The notes: generated by a model not told the origin, from the letters alone. A DNA stretch of 64,000 bases from a virus (IMGVR_UViG_3300028048_000100:33214-97213), one strand, 5' to 3'. Shown: positions 17,203 through 27,334, counted from the stretch's first letter. Translations and numbers: made by a program.

Positions 17203-19191
17203 TTACCACATGCCAGATTGCTGATAATTCTGCTGATAATTTGGCTGTTGTTGGTATCTTTGGTTCATAGCAGCATATATATCATTCATATTAGTAAATA
17301 CCTTTGTTGGATCGAAGTACTGCCCATCGCTATATTGTTGCAGCTTCTGCATGTCAATCTGCCCTGGGTATGCCATAGGTCGAACAGGTTGTGCTTGCTG
17401 CGGTTGGGGAGATGGAGTACCAACCAGCCCAAGTTCAAGGCGAGATTCAAACTCAGATCTCAGATATTTGTATGCACGAGACTGTTTGGCGTGAACCATT
17501 TGAATCTCAGCCATCATAATATCGTCGTGGCCGAATGATGCCTTGTACGTACCATTGCCATTACTATCACTAAAGTTCTCTGCCTCAAACAAAAAGTCCA
17601 CACACCTATTAACTAATACATCGCGTTCAAATTCATCTTTGAACATTTTACAGCCGATGGACTTAGTAGCTGTGTTTAGCTTGACACCCATCGTAAACTT
17701 AGTCATATTGTCGTTATAGTACTTGACTATGTTAGACTCATCGAAATTAGCGCAGCTCGGATACTTATTGCGATTCTCCATCAGATACATGATGAACAAT
17801 TCTCCGTACGTGTTGTATTCCAAGCTTATACAGTGCTGGTCTGGATGTAAGTATTTGATATCCAATTCCATCAAAGCAATGGACGCTTTGTCGAGGTTCA
17901 TTGTGTTACATCTGAACATACCTACACACTCATCTTTCTTACCAGGAATCATTCGGTTAAATAGGAACACAGTATAGTCCAATCCTACGCCCTCAGCCAA
18001 GTCTGCAGTTACTGTGATGAAGCTATTGCGGAGGTCGTCCATCGGTTCGAAATCAGGCTTCCAGAAGAAGTGCTCTGAACCAGTAACGCCAAATAAGTCC
18101 TTATTGACAAATGTGATAGCTTCGCGTTGTCTCTTGCGGAGTATCTTAGTGTTAATGAGTGTATTGGCGTTGATGTCGAAGTTAGTACCAAACTGTGTAT
18201 TGAATGCCTCTTCAGAGCCATAGTTAGCCACCTGCATCTGGTGCCATGCCTCGTCTCGCTTCTCCCAGCAACGCTTCTCCGGATTCCATTCTGGTATCTC
18301 GTCCCAGTCGGTTTTGTAAGCACCAAACTCATTCATATGCTGCTCTGCTGCCTTGTATATACGGTAGAACAAGTCCAAGCCACCCTGTGTACTGGTTAGC
18401 ATAAGACGTGCCTTACCTGCCTGGATGGTAGGCAGCAAGAAGTTGTACAATTTGTCTTTGATATTTGGTGCAGTGTGAGCCACCTCGTCCCAAAGCACGC
18501 AGTGTAAAGTGTAACCAATGCCTGCAGTTGGAGTAGTGGCCTGGGCGATAAGCTTGCAGCCGTTATCCAAAACAATCTGCGACTCATTCCATTTGTACAC
18601 GCCAGGGCGTAAGAAGTACGGTAACTCAACGAAGATCGCCTTTGTCTTTTCCATAATATCCTTAGCGTGTGAGAAAACATCCGCAATAACAAGCGCATTC
18701 TTATCCACATTGAACAGAATGTACCATAGTAAGAATATAGATGAGGTAGTTGTTTTACCGCATTGTCGAGCGGCGAGATATATAGAAAGACGGTATTTCA
18801 TTAAGTGGTCCAAATAACCTTCTTGGTAACCACGCATCTTAACCTTCTTGATGCCTTCCGGCGTCATCAATTTACAATATGTGTTGCTGAAGTAATGGAT
18901 ATCCGCGGCGCATTTCTTCCATTCTTCTATCTCTTCTTTTGTACGCTGGAATACGAGGTCGCCCTTCAAGATTTTTGAGTTGTTCTCGTAGAATGGATTC
19001 GCGACCAGCTTTCGTCCATCCTCCAGTCCTTTGATAGCAGCTTCGATGGTTTTAGTAGACCAGACTACACGTCTCGCCTTAACACCATCGCGCTCTTCTT
19101 TAACTGGATTAAAATCATTCTTCATATGATATATAATATGTTTTAATGCAATTTTTTCATAGTTTTTCTTTAATAAACACTGAAAACACAC
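17203..19191 (-). CDS. terL: terminase large subunit (TerL)
   Basis: Terminase-type Walker A 'LAARQCGKTTT', Walker B 'HCVLWDEVAH' and a downstream nuclease-like region. It carries an unusual Q/N/Y-rich C-terminal tail. Confidence 0.85.
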   Translation of the reverse strand: MCFQCLLKKNYEKIALKHIIYHMKNDFNPVKEERDGVKARRVVWSTKTIEAAIKGLEDGRKLVANPFYENNSKILKGDLVFQRTKEEIEEWKKCAADIHYFSNTYCKLMTPEGIKKVKMRGYQEGYLDHLMKYRLSIYLAARQCGKTTTSSIFLLWYILFNVDKNALVIADVFSHAKDIMEKTKAIFVELPYFLRPGVYKWNESQIVLDNGCKLIAQATTPTAGIGYTLHCVLWDEVAHTAPNIKDKLYNFLLPTIQAGKARLMLTSTQGGLDLFYRIYKAAEQHMNEFGAYKTDWDEIPEWNPEKRCWEKRDEAWHQMQVANYGSEEAFNTQFGTNFDINANTLINTKILRKRQREAITFVNKDLFGVTGSEHFFWKPDFEPMDDLRNSFITVTADLAEGVGLDYTVFLFNRMIPGKKDECVGMFRCNTMNLDKASIALMELDIKYLHPDQHCISLEYNTYGELFIMYLMENRNKYPSCANFDESNIVKYYNDNMTKFTMGVKLNTATKSIGCKMFKDEFERDVLVNRCVDFLFEAENFSDSNGNGTYKASFGHDDIMMAEIQMVHAKQSRAYKYLRSEFESRLELGLVGTPSPQPQQAQPVRPMAYPGQIDMQKLQQYSDGQYFDPTKVFTNMNDIYAAMNQRYQQQPNYQQNYQQSGMW

Positions 19192-19220
19192 TTATTCTAG
19201 ATCAAAATAAATGCATTTAT

Positions 19221-20318
19221 ATGGGTAAACAAAACGATTATGAGGGTCTAGAATCTGAGATCGGCAACCTCGGCGGTGAGGAGCAAGTCACCGAGCAGAA
19301 GGCTGAAAAGAGTCTGGGCAAGCTCAAGTACGATCACGGAACACGAAAAAGAGAATTGTCAGACGAGGAGAAGCGCGAACTTGAGGCGTTCCGAGCACGT
19401 TCGGATAGCCGTAGTACAATCGGTCGTGGAATGGGCGGTCCAAAACTCCCAATGGGTGACCCTGATGATGGAGTGGTTCCAGTTGGTGATGGATGGATCC
19501 CAGTAGACCGCATGGAAATGGGATTGCGCTCTTACTTCTATCCGGAGGATTGGCAATTTGCAGTTCGTCCTGCAACAGTCAATGCTATCAAGAACTGGAC
19601 TAGTGTGGATGAGGAGCGTATGGATCAGGTTAACAATGCGTTCAACGACATGATCAAAACCTGCGTCAAGATCACGAGTTCAGAAGGTGGTGTATCTTGG
19701 GAGAATCTCAATAGCTGGGATCGTTTCTGGTTTGTTATGAAGATCCGTGAGTACACATTCACCCACGGTGAGAGCAAAGTTCAATTCACTGACACCTGCT
19801 CGGAGTGTGATGAAGACATTACATATGAACTCACGTCGGCTGGCCTGCACTACGAATATCCAGATGACGATATCATCGAGAAACACTGGGATGGCAAGGT
19901 GTGGAAGATCAATCCACGCGAATATGATGTCGATGCAGATGAGATCACACTATATCTACCTACTCTCGGCAAGGACAACGCTGTTATCACATGGGCTACT
20001 AATCGCTATCGTCAAACTGGTAAGGTGGATGAACATTTTGCGGAGGTTATTCCTTGGTTGATTCCTAAAGCATCTCGCGACCCACAGATGTTCGACCGTC
20101 AAATAGACAAGATTTATAAGGACTACAAGAGCTGGAGTGTTGAGTTCAACTCATTCATCCGAGATGTAATCCGCAACTTGACTATCATGCCGTCTAACAA
20201 GCTGAGAACAATTTGTCCATGCTGCGGCAGGGAGGCTGTCTCAAATCTTCGATTTCCAGACGGTATCAAGGTCATCTTCAATGTCGCTACCAGAGCAAAG
20301 AAGTTTGGTTCTCGATAA
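19221..20318 (+). CDS. hypothetical protein with a zinc-ribbon (CSECDED…CPCCG)
   Basis: Divergent from terL. A start at MGKQNDYEG is preferred to avoid overlap with terL. Confidence 0.5.
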   Translation: MGKQNDYEGLESEIGNLGGEEQVTEQKAEKSLGKLKYDHGTRKRELSDEEKRELEAFRARSDSRSTIGRGMGGPKLPMGDPDDGVVPVGDGWIPVDRMEMGLRSYFYPEDWQFAVRPATVNAIKNWTSVDEERMDQVNNAFNDMIKTCVKITSSEGGVSWENLNSWDRFWFVMKIREYTFTHGESKVQFTDTCSECDEDITYELTSAGLHYEYPDDDIIEKHWDGKVWKINPREYDVDADEITLYLPTLGKDNAVITWATNRYRQTGKVDEHFAEVIPWLIPKASRDPQMFDRQIDKIYKDYKSWSVEFNSFIRDVIRNLTIMPSNKLRTICPCCGREAVSNLRFPDGIKVIFNVATRAKKFGSR

Positions 20319-20661
20319 TAACAGTTTGGAAAGGGCTTTGCTTAGCCTTTTCCATATCAATGTTATGAACCTAATAGTCAATAAGGTTCAACTAGCCAAA
20401 AACTTCCATATACAGCCGTCTGAGATAGATAACATGTATATGTGGGAATATGAGATATTCCTTAAAGAGCTCAACAGCATCGTCAAGAAGGAGAACAAAG
20501 AGCAGCAAGAAGAGCGTGATAAGTATAAGGTTGGTGATTATCGCAAGTTAGCTAATCCTAATAATGCGATGAAGATGGCTAACCAAAGTGGTATGAAAAT
20601 GCCGAGTATGCCAAGCGCTCCAAGCATAAGAATGCCGAGCTCAGGATCGTTCAAGATCTGA
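20281..20661 (+). CDS. hypothetical protein (126 aa)
   Basis: ORF followed by a hairpin terminator. Confidence 0.45.
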   Translation: MSLPEQRSLVLDNNSLERALLSLFHINVMNLIVNKVQLAKNFHIQPSEIDNMYMWEYEIFLKELNSIVKKENKEQQEERDKYKVGDYRKLANPNNAMKMANQSGMKMPSMPSAPSIRMPSSGSFKI

Positions 20662-20669
20662 CAAAAAAG

Positions 20670-20698
20670 AAAGAGAACCGCAAGGTTCTCTTTTATTA
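20670..20698 (+). terminator. rho-independent terminator
   Basis: agagaacc-gcaa-ggttctct stem followed by TTTTATT. Confidence 0.65.
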
Positions 20699-20707
20699 TA
20701 TAGTTAT

Positions 20708-21283
20708 ATGAGAACACTTTGGGAAGCCATACAGGATACAGACGATAGAATCAATGCAAAGGCGGATAGTTATTTAGCTATTAGACGGATGGCTGAAGAG
20801 CTGATTGATACATTTGGAAAAGCTACGCATACAATTGATATGTGGAGTGGGGATGGTATTACGTTTGATAAGTACACACGTAATACAAAGGGTAGTGCTA
20901 TGCTAGATCCTGAGTCATACACGACACCTCTTCAAGACGTAAAAGATGAGGTACAAACTTTGATTGATAAATTCAAAGCCGGATTGAAAAAGATCCACGG
21001 CGTCAAGAATATAAAGGATGCATTCACTAATGATAATGACAACCGCAGCACTATTTTCAAGAAATCATCTATATGGGTGATGGTGGAATTTGATAAGAAG
21101 TTAGATATGCCCGGGTTCTCATTTGAATTTGTATTTGAATACACGTCTACAGGTCATAGAAAAGCAATCGACATACGAAATATACCGGAAGGTATTAACT
21201 TCGTTGAGATGTACAGCCGCGTATTCTCAGACAATCAGGATAACGTTAAGCAGTTCAAAAAAATAATCGAAGAATTGGTATGA
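20708..21283 (+). CDS. IQD-leader paralog family protein, long-leader form
   Basis: N-term MRTLWEAIQDTDDRINAKA. Confidence 0.75.
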   Translation: MRTLWEAIQDTDDRINAKADSYLAIRRMAEELIDTFGKATHTIDMWSGDGITFDKYTRNTKGSAMLDPESYTTPLQDVKDEVQTLIDKFKAGLKKIHGVKNIKDAFTNDNDNRSTIFKKSSIWVMVEFDKKLDMPGFSFEFVFEYTSTGHRKAIDIRNIPEGINFVEMYSRVFSDNQDNVKQFKKIIEELV

Positions 21284-21690
21284 GGACTCTTTGGGAAGCG
21301 ATTAACGATAATGACGAAACTGTGATTCATAACAGTAAACTCATCACAGACGTAGACACCCAACGCTATAAGCTGATGAAGCTATTAACGGAGTTCTTTG
21401 GAGTTAAGGAGTTTATACCTCACAAGAACTATCACGGCACGCTGATTATCAAGAGAACTAATCATCTCAAGATAAACGAATTTGCCAAGCAATTAGAGAA
21501 GCAACCTTTTGTTACTATGACCAAAGTAGATCGAGGGGATAAGTTAGCGAGTTATGGTTCAACTCTATATGTGAATAGTAATCTTGGTATATTGTGGTAT
21601 TTCACTTTCAATAAGGTGCTGAATGCCATCACCTCGGTACATGATAGTGAAGGTGTTCACATAAATCTATTTAACTACATGAAACAATGA
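21280..21690 (+). CDS. IQD-leader paralog family protein, long-leader form
   Basis: N-term MRTLWEAINDNDETVIHNS; ATGA coupling. Confidence 0.75.
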   Translation: MRTLWEAINDNDETVIHNSKLITDVDTQRYKLMKLLTEFFGVKEFIPHKNYHGTLIIKRTNHLKINEFAKQLEKQPFVTMTKVDRGDKLASYGSTLYVNSNLGILWYFTFNKVLNAITSVHDSEGVHINLFNYMKQ

Positions 21691-22172
21691 GACCGCTTTG
21701 GGAAGCCATACAAGATAGTGATGATAAGATCCTAAACAGATCAAAAGATATGCTTGGGAAGAATCAGCTGGAGGCGATGATGCTACTAATCATCAACCCA
21801 GTTGTAGAACTGATGCATAAATATCAGTGTAAGTACAATGGCCAAGATGATGCTACTAATGTATTCTCATTTGAAGAAAAGGATCACTACACCAATAACA
21901 TAGACTCAAAAGAGGTTAGAGATGCAGTGATAAAGAGCATCAAATCATCCAACTACAAGGATATCATGAAGATAGATACTAAGTATGTATTGTTCATAGA
22001 TTTCACTGATGAGGATATGCGAAAGAAATACCATAGGTCCGATAAGAAGTACAACGACCAATACGCACTGAACGTGGAAGTTACATTCCATTCAGGCAAG
22101 TGTTTTCTCAACGTATTCGGCAATAACACCTTCATAAGAACCTTCGAAAAATTACTAGATAAGCGAGCATGA
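21687..22172 (+). CDS. IQD-leader paralog family protein, long-leader form
   Basis: N-term MRPLWEAIQDSDDKILNRS. Confidence 0.75.
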   Translation: MRPLWEAIQDSDDKILNRSKDMLGKNQLEAMMLLIINPVVELMHKYQCKYNGQDDATNVFSFEEKDHYTNNIDSKEVRDAVIKSIKSSNYKDIMKIDTKYVLFIDFTDEDMRKKYHRSDKKYNDQYALNVEVTFHSGKCFLNVFGNNTFIRTFEKLLDKRA

Positions 22173-22666
22173 GAACACTCTGGGAAGCCATACAAAGTAG
22201 CGACGATGACATAGCTGCAGCATCAAGCAAAAGCATGGTGCCGTATCGCATAGTAGATATATTCTGCGATGTATTTGCACACATGTATCGTGATAAGGAT
22301 TCAAAATACGATCAAGGAAGTGATTATGTAGCTGGGCGTATACCAGTGTCTAACTATGACAAAATGGATAAGTATAAGACTGAGACTGAGCTGAAGAAGG
22401 ATCTACGTAAGTTCTGTAATAGTGTTCGATCTGAGTTTGCTCCGAAGGTGCTCATCCAGATGAAGACTAAACGAGATCAGATACTCAGAGTGGTAGATCG
22501 AAAAGACTATCGCATAATCATTTCTATTGGTAGCGCCACATATGGGCTAACAGTTCAGTTTGACACAAATCCGACGGCGAAGGGCGAGATTCCGGAGGTT
22601 AATTATATCCGTGTGATCTCGGGCAATCCTGATCTCATAACCGCATTCCATAATAAAGTTAAATGA
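22169..22666 (+). CDS. IQD-leader paralog family protein, long-leader form
   Basis: N-term MRTLWEAIQSSDDDIAAAS. Confidence 0.75.
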   Translation: MRTLWEAIQSSDDDIAAASSKSMVPYRIVDIFCDVFAHMYRDKDSKYDQGSDYVAGRIPVSNYDKMDKYKTETELKKDLRKFCNSVRSEFAPKVLIQMKTKRDQILRVVDRKDYRIIISIGSATYGLTVQFDTNPTAKGEIPEVNYIRVISGNPDLITAFHNKVK

Positions 22667-22667
22667 T

Positions 22668-23144
22668 ATGAGAACTCTTTGGGAAGCCATACAAGACAAC
22701 GATACTAAAATAGATGCGATATATGAAGAGTCTCGTTTGTTGCAAGAGATAGCAGATGGACTCAAGAAGCATTTCAGCAACTACTTGGAAAACGACTCCA
22801 AGATTAAGAAGGTCGGATCTTGGTGCCCACTTGGTAGGGTAGACGATGACTTGTACAACAAGGAAAGTATAAAGGATACCGAGGACTTCATGATTAAAAC
22901 TATCAAACAGATGCACAGGGATATCAAAAAGATACTAAAGAAGACGCTGGTTGATATTGAAACTTCAGTAGACAACTTCGGAGAGAATCACATCAAGCAC
23001 TACAATCTTACATTGTACATATCTGGATGTGAAACAAAGCACCTGATTCAATTTGTATTACACTCTAAGAGAAATAAATTCGGCGAAGAGGTGGAATACA
23101 TTGCTATTTGGACAAAAGATACTGAATTAGCCGATTTGATATGA
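22668..23144 (+). CDS. IQD-leader paralog family protein, long-leader form
   Basis: N-term MRTLWEAIQDNDTKIDAIY. Confidence 0.75.
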   Translation: MRTLWEAIQDNDTKIDAIYEESRLLQEIADGLKKHFSNYLENDSKIKKVGSWCPLGRVDDDLYNKESIKDTEDFMIKTIKQMHRDIKKILKKTLVDIETSVDNFGENHIKHYNLTLYISGCETKHLIQFVLHSKRNKFGEEVEYIAIWTKDTELADLI

Positions 23145-23602
23145 GAACACTCTGGGAAGCAATAAATGATAACGACGATAAGGTACTAGACGGAGCTGAT
23201 CTAGCCATGCTTGGTGCAGATGTTAAACGCGCTATTGAAAGCGTATATGGGCAGCTGTCACCAGATGAGGGTCGCCATGCTCGTCCTAAGTTAGTAGGTG
23301 AAGTAGGAGAGAAATACTTCCAGGATTACGAGTACAGCAAGAAATCCGGTAAGATGACTTATATTCATACTGATGGCACTGTTGTTCGAATCATGAAGAA
23401 TGCCCGAAGCAAAGGCATAGACGTGAAGATGGAGAAGTCAGATCACCACTACAGTGAAGTGGATGAACGCAAATACTATATGACATTCACTAGAAATGAT
23501 GTGAAGATAGAATTAACAATCATCGCCGACTCAACACGTAAATATGGAGTAGATACCATTGGCGTGTGGGCTGATGATGATGTCAAAAAATACCTACAAT
23601 AA
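23141..23602 (+). CDS. IQD-leader paralog family protein, long-leader form
   Basis: N-term MRTLWEAINDNDDKVLDGA. Confidence 0.75.
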   Translation: MRTLWEAINDNDDKVLDGADLAMLGADVKRAIESVYGQLSPDEGRHARPKLVGEVGEKYFQDYEYSKKSGKMTYIHTDGTVVRIMKNARSKGIDVKMEKSDHHYSEVDERKYYMTFTRNDVKIELTIIADSTRKYGVDTIGVWADDDVKKYLQ

Positions 23603-25218
23603 TGGGATGCGCACTTAAACGAATATTACAGTTTCAGCAGGCGGTGAAGTTCGGGCCAATCCAAGCGATCGATGACAAGAACGTCGACGTGGCGGCTACA
23701 TGCATGTACTCATGGAGCTCTGATGGTGTATGCTGGACGTCTTGGACTACTTATGAGAACTACTTGAAGATTGCTAAGAACATCGAAAGTGATTTCTTCT
23801 TACGTGTACTACTGTTCGGCGGATTTGACCGTATCTCACTCAACGGATTGTTCACTAAGTGCTACACAATTGTTTTGGATAGTACTAATCCGTTCCTTAC
23901 TGATTTCTGTGGCAATGAGAATCTGTTCAATCCATACTGCAACTTAGACTGCGCGCTCCTACTACAAGAGCAGTTAGCTAACTCAATCATATGTATGTTC
24001 GGCATCCCTATCTACTACTTCCGCGTTGCCCCAGATGTGACTACTGCAGACTATACTTTTAAGGAGTTTGTGCTGCATAATGTGGTGGACGTTAAGCAAA
24101 TCAAGCTGATGCTACAAGACGGTCAGATGCCAAGTTCTAACCCAAGGTTCACAGAGCTTGATTTTGATTGGCAAACGGATTGGGAAGTAGAAGTGGGCAA
24201 GAGACAGTTCGCTCAAGCCTTTGGTGACACCGCGTTTCCAAAACAGCGTGACTTCATATACATCCCAATGATGAAACGTATGTGGAGCGTGAACTCAGCT
24301 TACGATGAGAAAAACGAAGGACTGTTGTGGAGACCAACCACATGGAAATTAGCATTGGTTAAGTATAACGAACTAACCAACGTAAACACAGACAACGTGA
24401 GTGATGCAATAGACTCATGGTTGACAAACAAATACGAAGATACTTTCGGCAAATTAGAAGACACAGAGCAAAAACGCGAAAGTGGTACAGCTCAACTTTC
24501 CGCTCCAACGCATGCGTCAACTAACTTGTTTAATATATTTATGGAAGACGCAGTGAGACAAGCTTATACTAAAAATGACATAGCAATACTGGCCAAGCAA
24601 TACAATCAAAAGAGTAATGTCATCGCCAGAAATATATATAGATTCCTTAACGAGAATGGCCAGGTGACTTATCAAGAGGGTTACTGTGGCGAGAGCGGTA
24701 TGCTAAGTTTTATCTTGGAGACACCAGGCAGCACTGAAACAGCCCGCGAGATAGTACATATGGGTAATGTAGGAGTTCAGTTGGAGTTCCTACTTGGCAG
24801 TAGCATGTTCAACCTGAAATTCGGTGGATGCACTGCTGAATTAGAGCCATTCAATACATACCTTGTTGTATGCCAATGGAATCGTGCTACGTTCTCCACT
24901 GAGCTCAAGGTGTTTAAGTACACACATGAAGGTGATATTCCAATCTATAAGTTACGTCCGGAGATGTATTGGTTTGACCTAGACAATCCTATTTGTGACG
25001 CTGTCGGTGAATATAACAATGATTTCCGCGTAGAGTCTAAACAGCCATGTTATATATCTGGCTATCCTTGCATGATGACTAATATCAAGCTGTATAACCG
25101 TTATATGGGTGAAGATGCTACTAAGGAAGCGATGAAATATCTGACACGAAATGAGAGCTGTGTATTCTCCGATCAAGCCCGCCCAATAGATTCCGGGCAA
25201 GGATTTGCAGTAAGGTAA
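23602..25218 (+). CDS. hypothetical protein (538 aa), possibly structural
   Basis: Long ORF with a 1-nt overlap to the preceding gene. Confidence 0.6.
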   Translation: MGCALKRILQFQQAVKFGPIQAIDDKNVDVAATCMYSWSSDGVCWTSWTTYENYLKIAKNIESDFFLRVLLFGGFDRISLNGLFTKCYTIVLDSTNPFLTDFCGNENLFNPYCNLDCALLLQEQLANSIICMFGIPIYYFRVAPDVTTADYTFKEFVLHNVVDVKQIKLMLQDGQMPSSNPRFTELDFDWQTDWEVEVGKRQFAQAFGDTAFPKQRDFIYIPMMKRMWSVNSAYDEKNEGLLWRPTTWKLALVKYNELTNVNTDNVSDAIDSWLTNKYEDTFGKLEDTEQKRESGTAQLSAPTHASTNLFNIFMEDAVRQAYTKNDIAILAKQYNQKSNVIARNIYRFLNENGQVTYQEGYCGESGMLSFILETPGSTETAREIVHMGNVGVQLEFLLGSSMFNLKFGGCTAELEPFNTYLVVCQWNRATFSTELKVFKYTHEGDIPIYKLRPEMYWFDLDNPICDAVGEYNNDFRVESKQPCYISGYPCMMTNIKLYNRYMGEDATKEAMKYLTRNESCVFSDQARPIDSGQGFAVR

Positions 25219-25578
25219 TTAGAATATGAGTATATTTTCTACACCGGTTAATTTGATGTAGTTATCACGAATCTCATCTACAAATTGGCTTGCCAAACTC
25301 TCTGTACTTTGAGTGATTGGGAAGCTAATTTTTTTGCTCATGTGATATGGAGCACGAACAAGGCATACACCTGCATTTGGATCACAGAGTACTGCATTGA
25401 CATGGAAGTACTCAGCCATAAACGCCAGGAAACTCGAATGTCTCAATTGAACTGTAGTTTCTGAATGCTCCCTGAGGTTTTTATCTATAGCATCTGTAGC
25501 GAGGTTGATTAGTTTATCTCGCCAATGCAGATCAAAGTACTGTCGACGCTCTATTGCTATGTCACTGTCCTGGATCAT
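25219..25578 (-). CDS. IQD-leader paralog family protein
   Basis: N-term MIQDSDIAIERRQ. Confidence 0.7.
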   Translation of the reverse strand: MIQDSDIAIERRQYFDLHWRDKLINLATDAIDKNLREHSETTVQLRHSSFLAFMAEYFHVNAVLCDPNAGVCLVRAPYHMSKKISFPITQSTESLASQFVDEIRDNYIKLTGVENILIF

Positions 25579-25892
25579 TTAGGCACTACTATCTTTGTTG
25601 TTTTTAGCTTTTCAAATTCTTTGTATGCAAATTCTTTAAACATCTCCAGATCACCATGTCCTCTGTAGTTTTCGTAATCGATCTTTAGTGTGACTTTGTA
25701 CGGGATATTCTTATGTACATCATCATTATATGCATATATAACAATATACAAGTATTTAGGCACATCTATAGAGCATGCCTCAAGATCTTGAAATACACCG
25801 ATCTTACGTTGGACCTCTTCCGCAGCCTTCTCTGCACACAACGTCCAGAATTTATGACCAACCAATATGTCTTGATCAGTGTCTTGTATCAT
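25575..25892 (-). CDS. IQD-leader paralog family protein
   Basis: MIQDTDQDILVGH at an internal Met. The ORF track extends to 25928, which would give ATGA coupling; which start is used is uncertain. Confidence 0.6.
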   Translation of the reverse strand: MIQDTDQDILVGHKFWTLCAEKAAEEVQRKIGVFQDLEACSIDVPKYLYIVIYAYNDDVHKNIPYKVTLKIDYENYRGHGDLEMFKEFAYKEFEKLKTTKIVVPK

Positions 25893-25924
25893 TTCTTTGC
25901 AATTACTTGTTTTCTTGTTTCGTA

Positions 25925-26323
25925 TCAATCTGGTGAGAGTATGAAGGTTTTTGTCGGGTCCTTTATCATTGTTGGATATAAGGACGCAAAGTCATTTACA
26001 CCCTTAAAAACAACCTCGGTGTATGCAAAATCTACGATGTTCTTATTCCAAGGGACATCGGTGATTTTATCGTATAGCTGTTGAACTATTTGGTCAATCA
26101 GAACATCTAGACCAAATGTTACCCAGTTTAGTGGGAATGTGATGGATGCTTGTTTATGCGATGCAGTCGATCGATCACCAAATACCACCTGCTCTTCAAT
26201 CACTAGACCCATGCTGGTTGGGTTCTCGATGATCCAACCATATAGAAACTCACGCAGTTTGTGATCCCGCATCATCAGCAAGTCGCTTTTGCTCAATATG
26301 CCTTCGTCGGTATCTTGTATCAT
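25925..26323 (-). CDS. IQD-leader paralog family protein
   Basis: N-term MIQDTDEGILSKS. Confidence 0.7.
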   Translation of the reverse strand: MIQDTDEGILSKSDLLMMRDHKLREFLYGWIIENPTSMGLVIEEQVVFGDRSTASHKQASITFPLNWVTFGLDVLIDQIVQQLYDKITDVPWNKNIVDFAYTEVVFKGVNDFASLYPTMIKDPTKTFILSPD

Positions 26324-26676
26324 GAGATATTGTATTTAATCACAGAGTTAACACCCATCTCTTTCTTAGCCCGGTAATGTTCCTCCCTGTCTTTAAGGAG
26401 CTTGCGTATTTTGTTTGGATCCGTTGCGTCAAATAAACCACCTTTATAGAAATGGGAGGAGGCCCGGACCACATCTATGTCAAAGTAGTTCAACAGCTTT
26501 ATGGTCCAATCGTCCATTTTGCCGTTCTCAAAATTATGCTCAAGCTCCATCACACGCGATGAGTAGCTAATATTAGCATATTCTACGATTTTTGCCACAG
26601 CCTCCTCACGCATCCGTTCTTGGAAGAGAATACGGCTGTTGTCATCTAATATTTTTGAATCATCATCTTGAATCAT
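26320..26676 (-). CDS. IQD-leader paralog family protein
   Basis: N-term MIQDDDSKILDDN. Confidence 0.7.
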   Translation of the reverse strand: MIQDDDSKILDDNSRILFQERMREEAVAKIVEYANISYSSRVMELEHNFENGKMDDWTIKLLNYFDIDVVRASSHFYKGGLFDATDPNKIRKLLKDREEHYRAKKEMGVNSVIKYNIS

Positions 26677-27011
26677 TAGTCATATTTAAAATCAAACAAC
26701 ACATCAATAGCTCCGCAACCAGCTGCAGCATTCATCACCTGGGTTGCAAATTTTTTAGCGCATTCTTCTTCACTTAGATCAAAATCATAGTAAATATTTT
26801 CTCTCCTGAGGAGTTTGAACCCATTAGAGTAGCAACCTAGAGGAGCCGGAGGATTGGGTACAAAGTATCTCACGTCTGCCGCACTAAATAAGAGATTAGA
26901 CTTCTCATGATGTAGCCGATGGAAGTGAACAGCATGTTCGTATGCCCGCTGGTATATCTTATATTGATCACCTCGAGCATTAGCAATACTTTTGTCCGAA
27001 TCTTGTATCAT
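26676..27011 (-). CDS. IQD-leader paralog family protein
   Basis: N-term MIQDSDKSIANAR; the promoter motif abuts its ATG. Confidence 0.7.
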   Translation of the reverse strand: MIQDSDKSIANARGDQYKIYQRAYEHAVHFHRLHHEKSNLLFSAADVRYFVPNPPAPLGCYSNGFKLLRRENIYYDFDLSEEECAKKFATQVMNAAAGCGAIDVLFDFKYD

Positions 27012-27045
27012 GTATCTATATACAAAGAAAACGAAAAACTTTAGG
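27012..27045 (-). promoter_or_regulatory. conserved phage promoter-like motif
   Basis: The minus strand reads CCTAAAGTTTTTCgttttctttGTATATAGATAC directly fused to ATGATACAAGAT. Confidence 0.5.
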
Positions 27046-27334
27046 AAAGAATTAAACAGAGATTGTTTGTTCGAACTAATTCGTCTATCTCATCGACAGT
27101 CAAGTCAAATTGTTCATTTAGAGATTTAATGATGAAGTCACACATCTTATTAACTAAGTCATCTCCAGCAACTACACTGTACAACTTGTTTTTAATCATA
27201 GACATCTCGAAGGTTATCTTACTCCCAGACCTACGTTCGTCGAGCCGATTGAACTCCACGAAATCCTTAACGATGTTACGCAATGCTAGACCATTACATC
27301 GATCTAAAACCTGTTTTTCACCATCCTGGATCAT
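27041..27334 (-). CDS. IQD-leader paralog family protein (variant MIQDGEKQVL)
   Basis: N-term MIQDGEKQVLDRC. Confidence 0.65.
   Translation of the reverse strand: MIQDGEKQVLDRCNGLALRNIVKDFVEFNRLDERRSGSKITFEMSMIKNKLYSVVAGDDLVNKMCDFIIKSLNEQFDLTVDEIDELVRTNNLCLILS

Noticed and set aside
19130-19220. Looked for the conserved promoter motif in the divergent terL / 19221-20318 intergenic region.
   Set aside because: The region is AT-rich but contains neither ACTAAAGATTTC nor GTATATAGATAT. It presumably uses a different (early or host-type) promoter.
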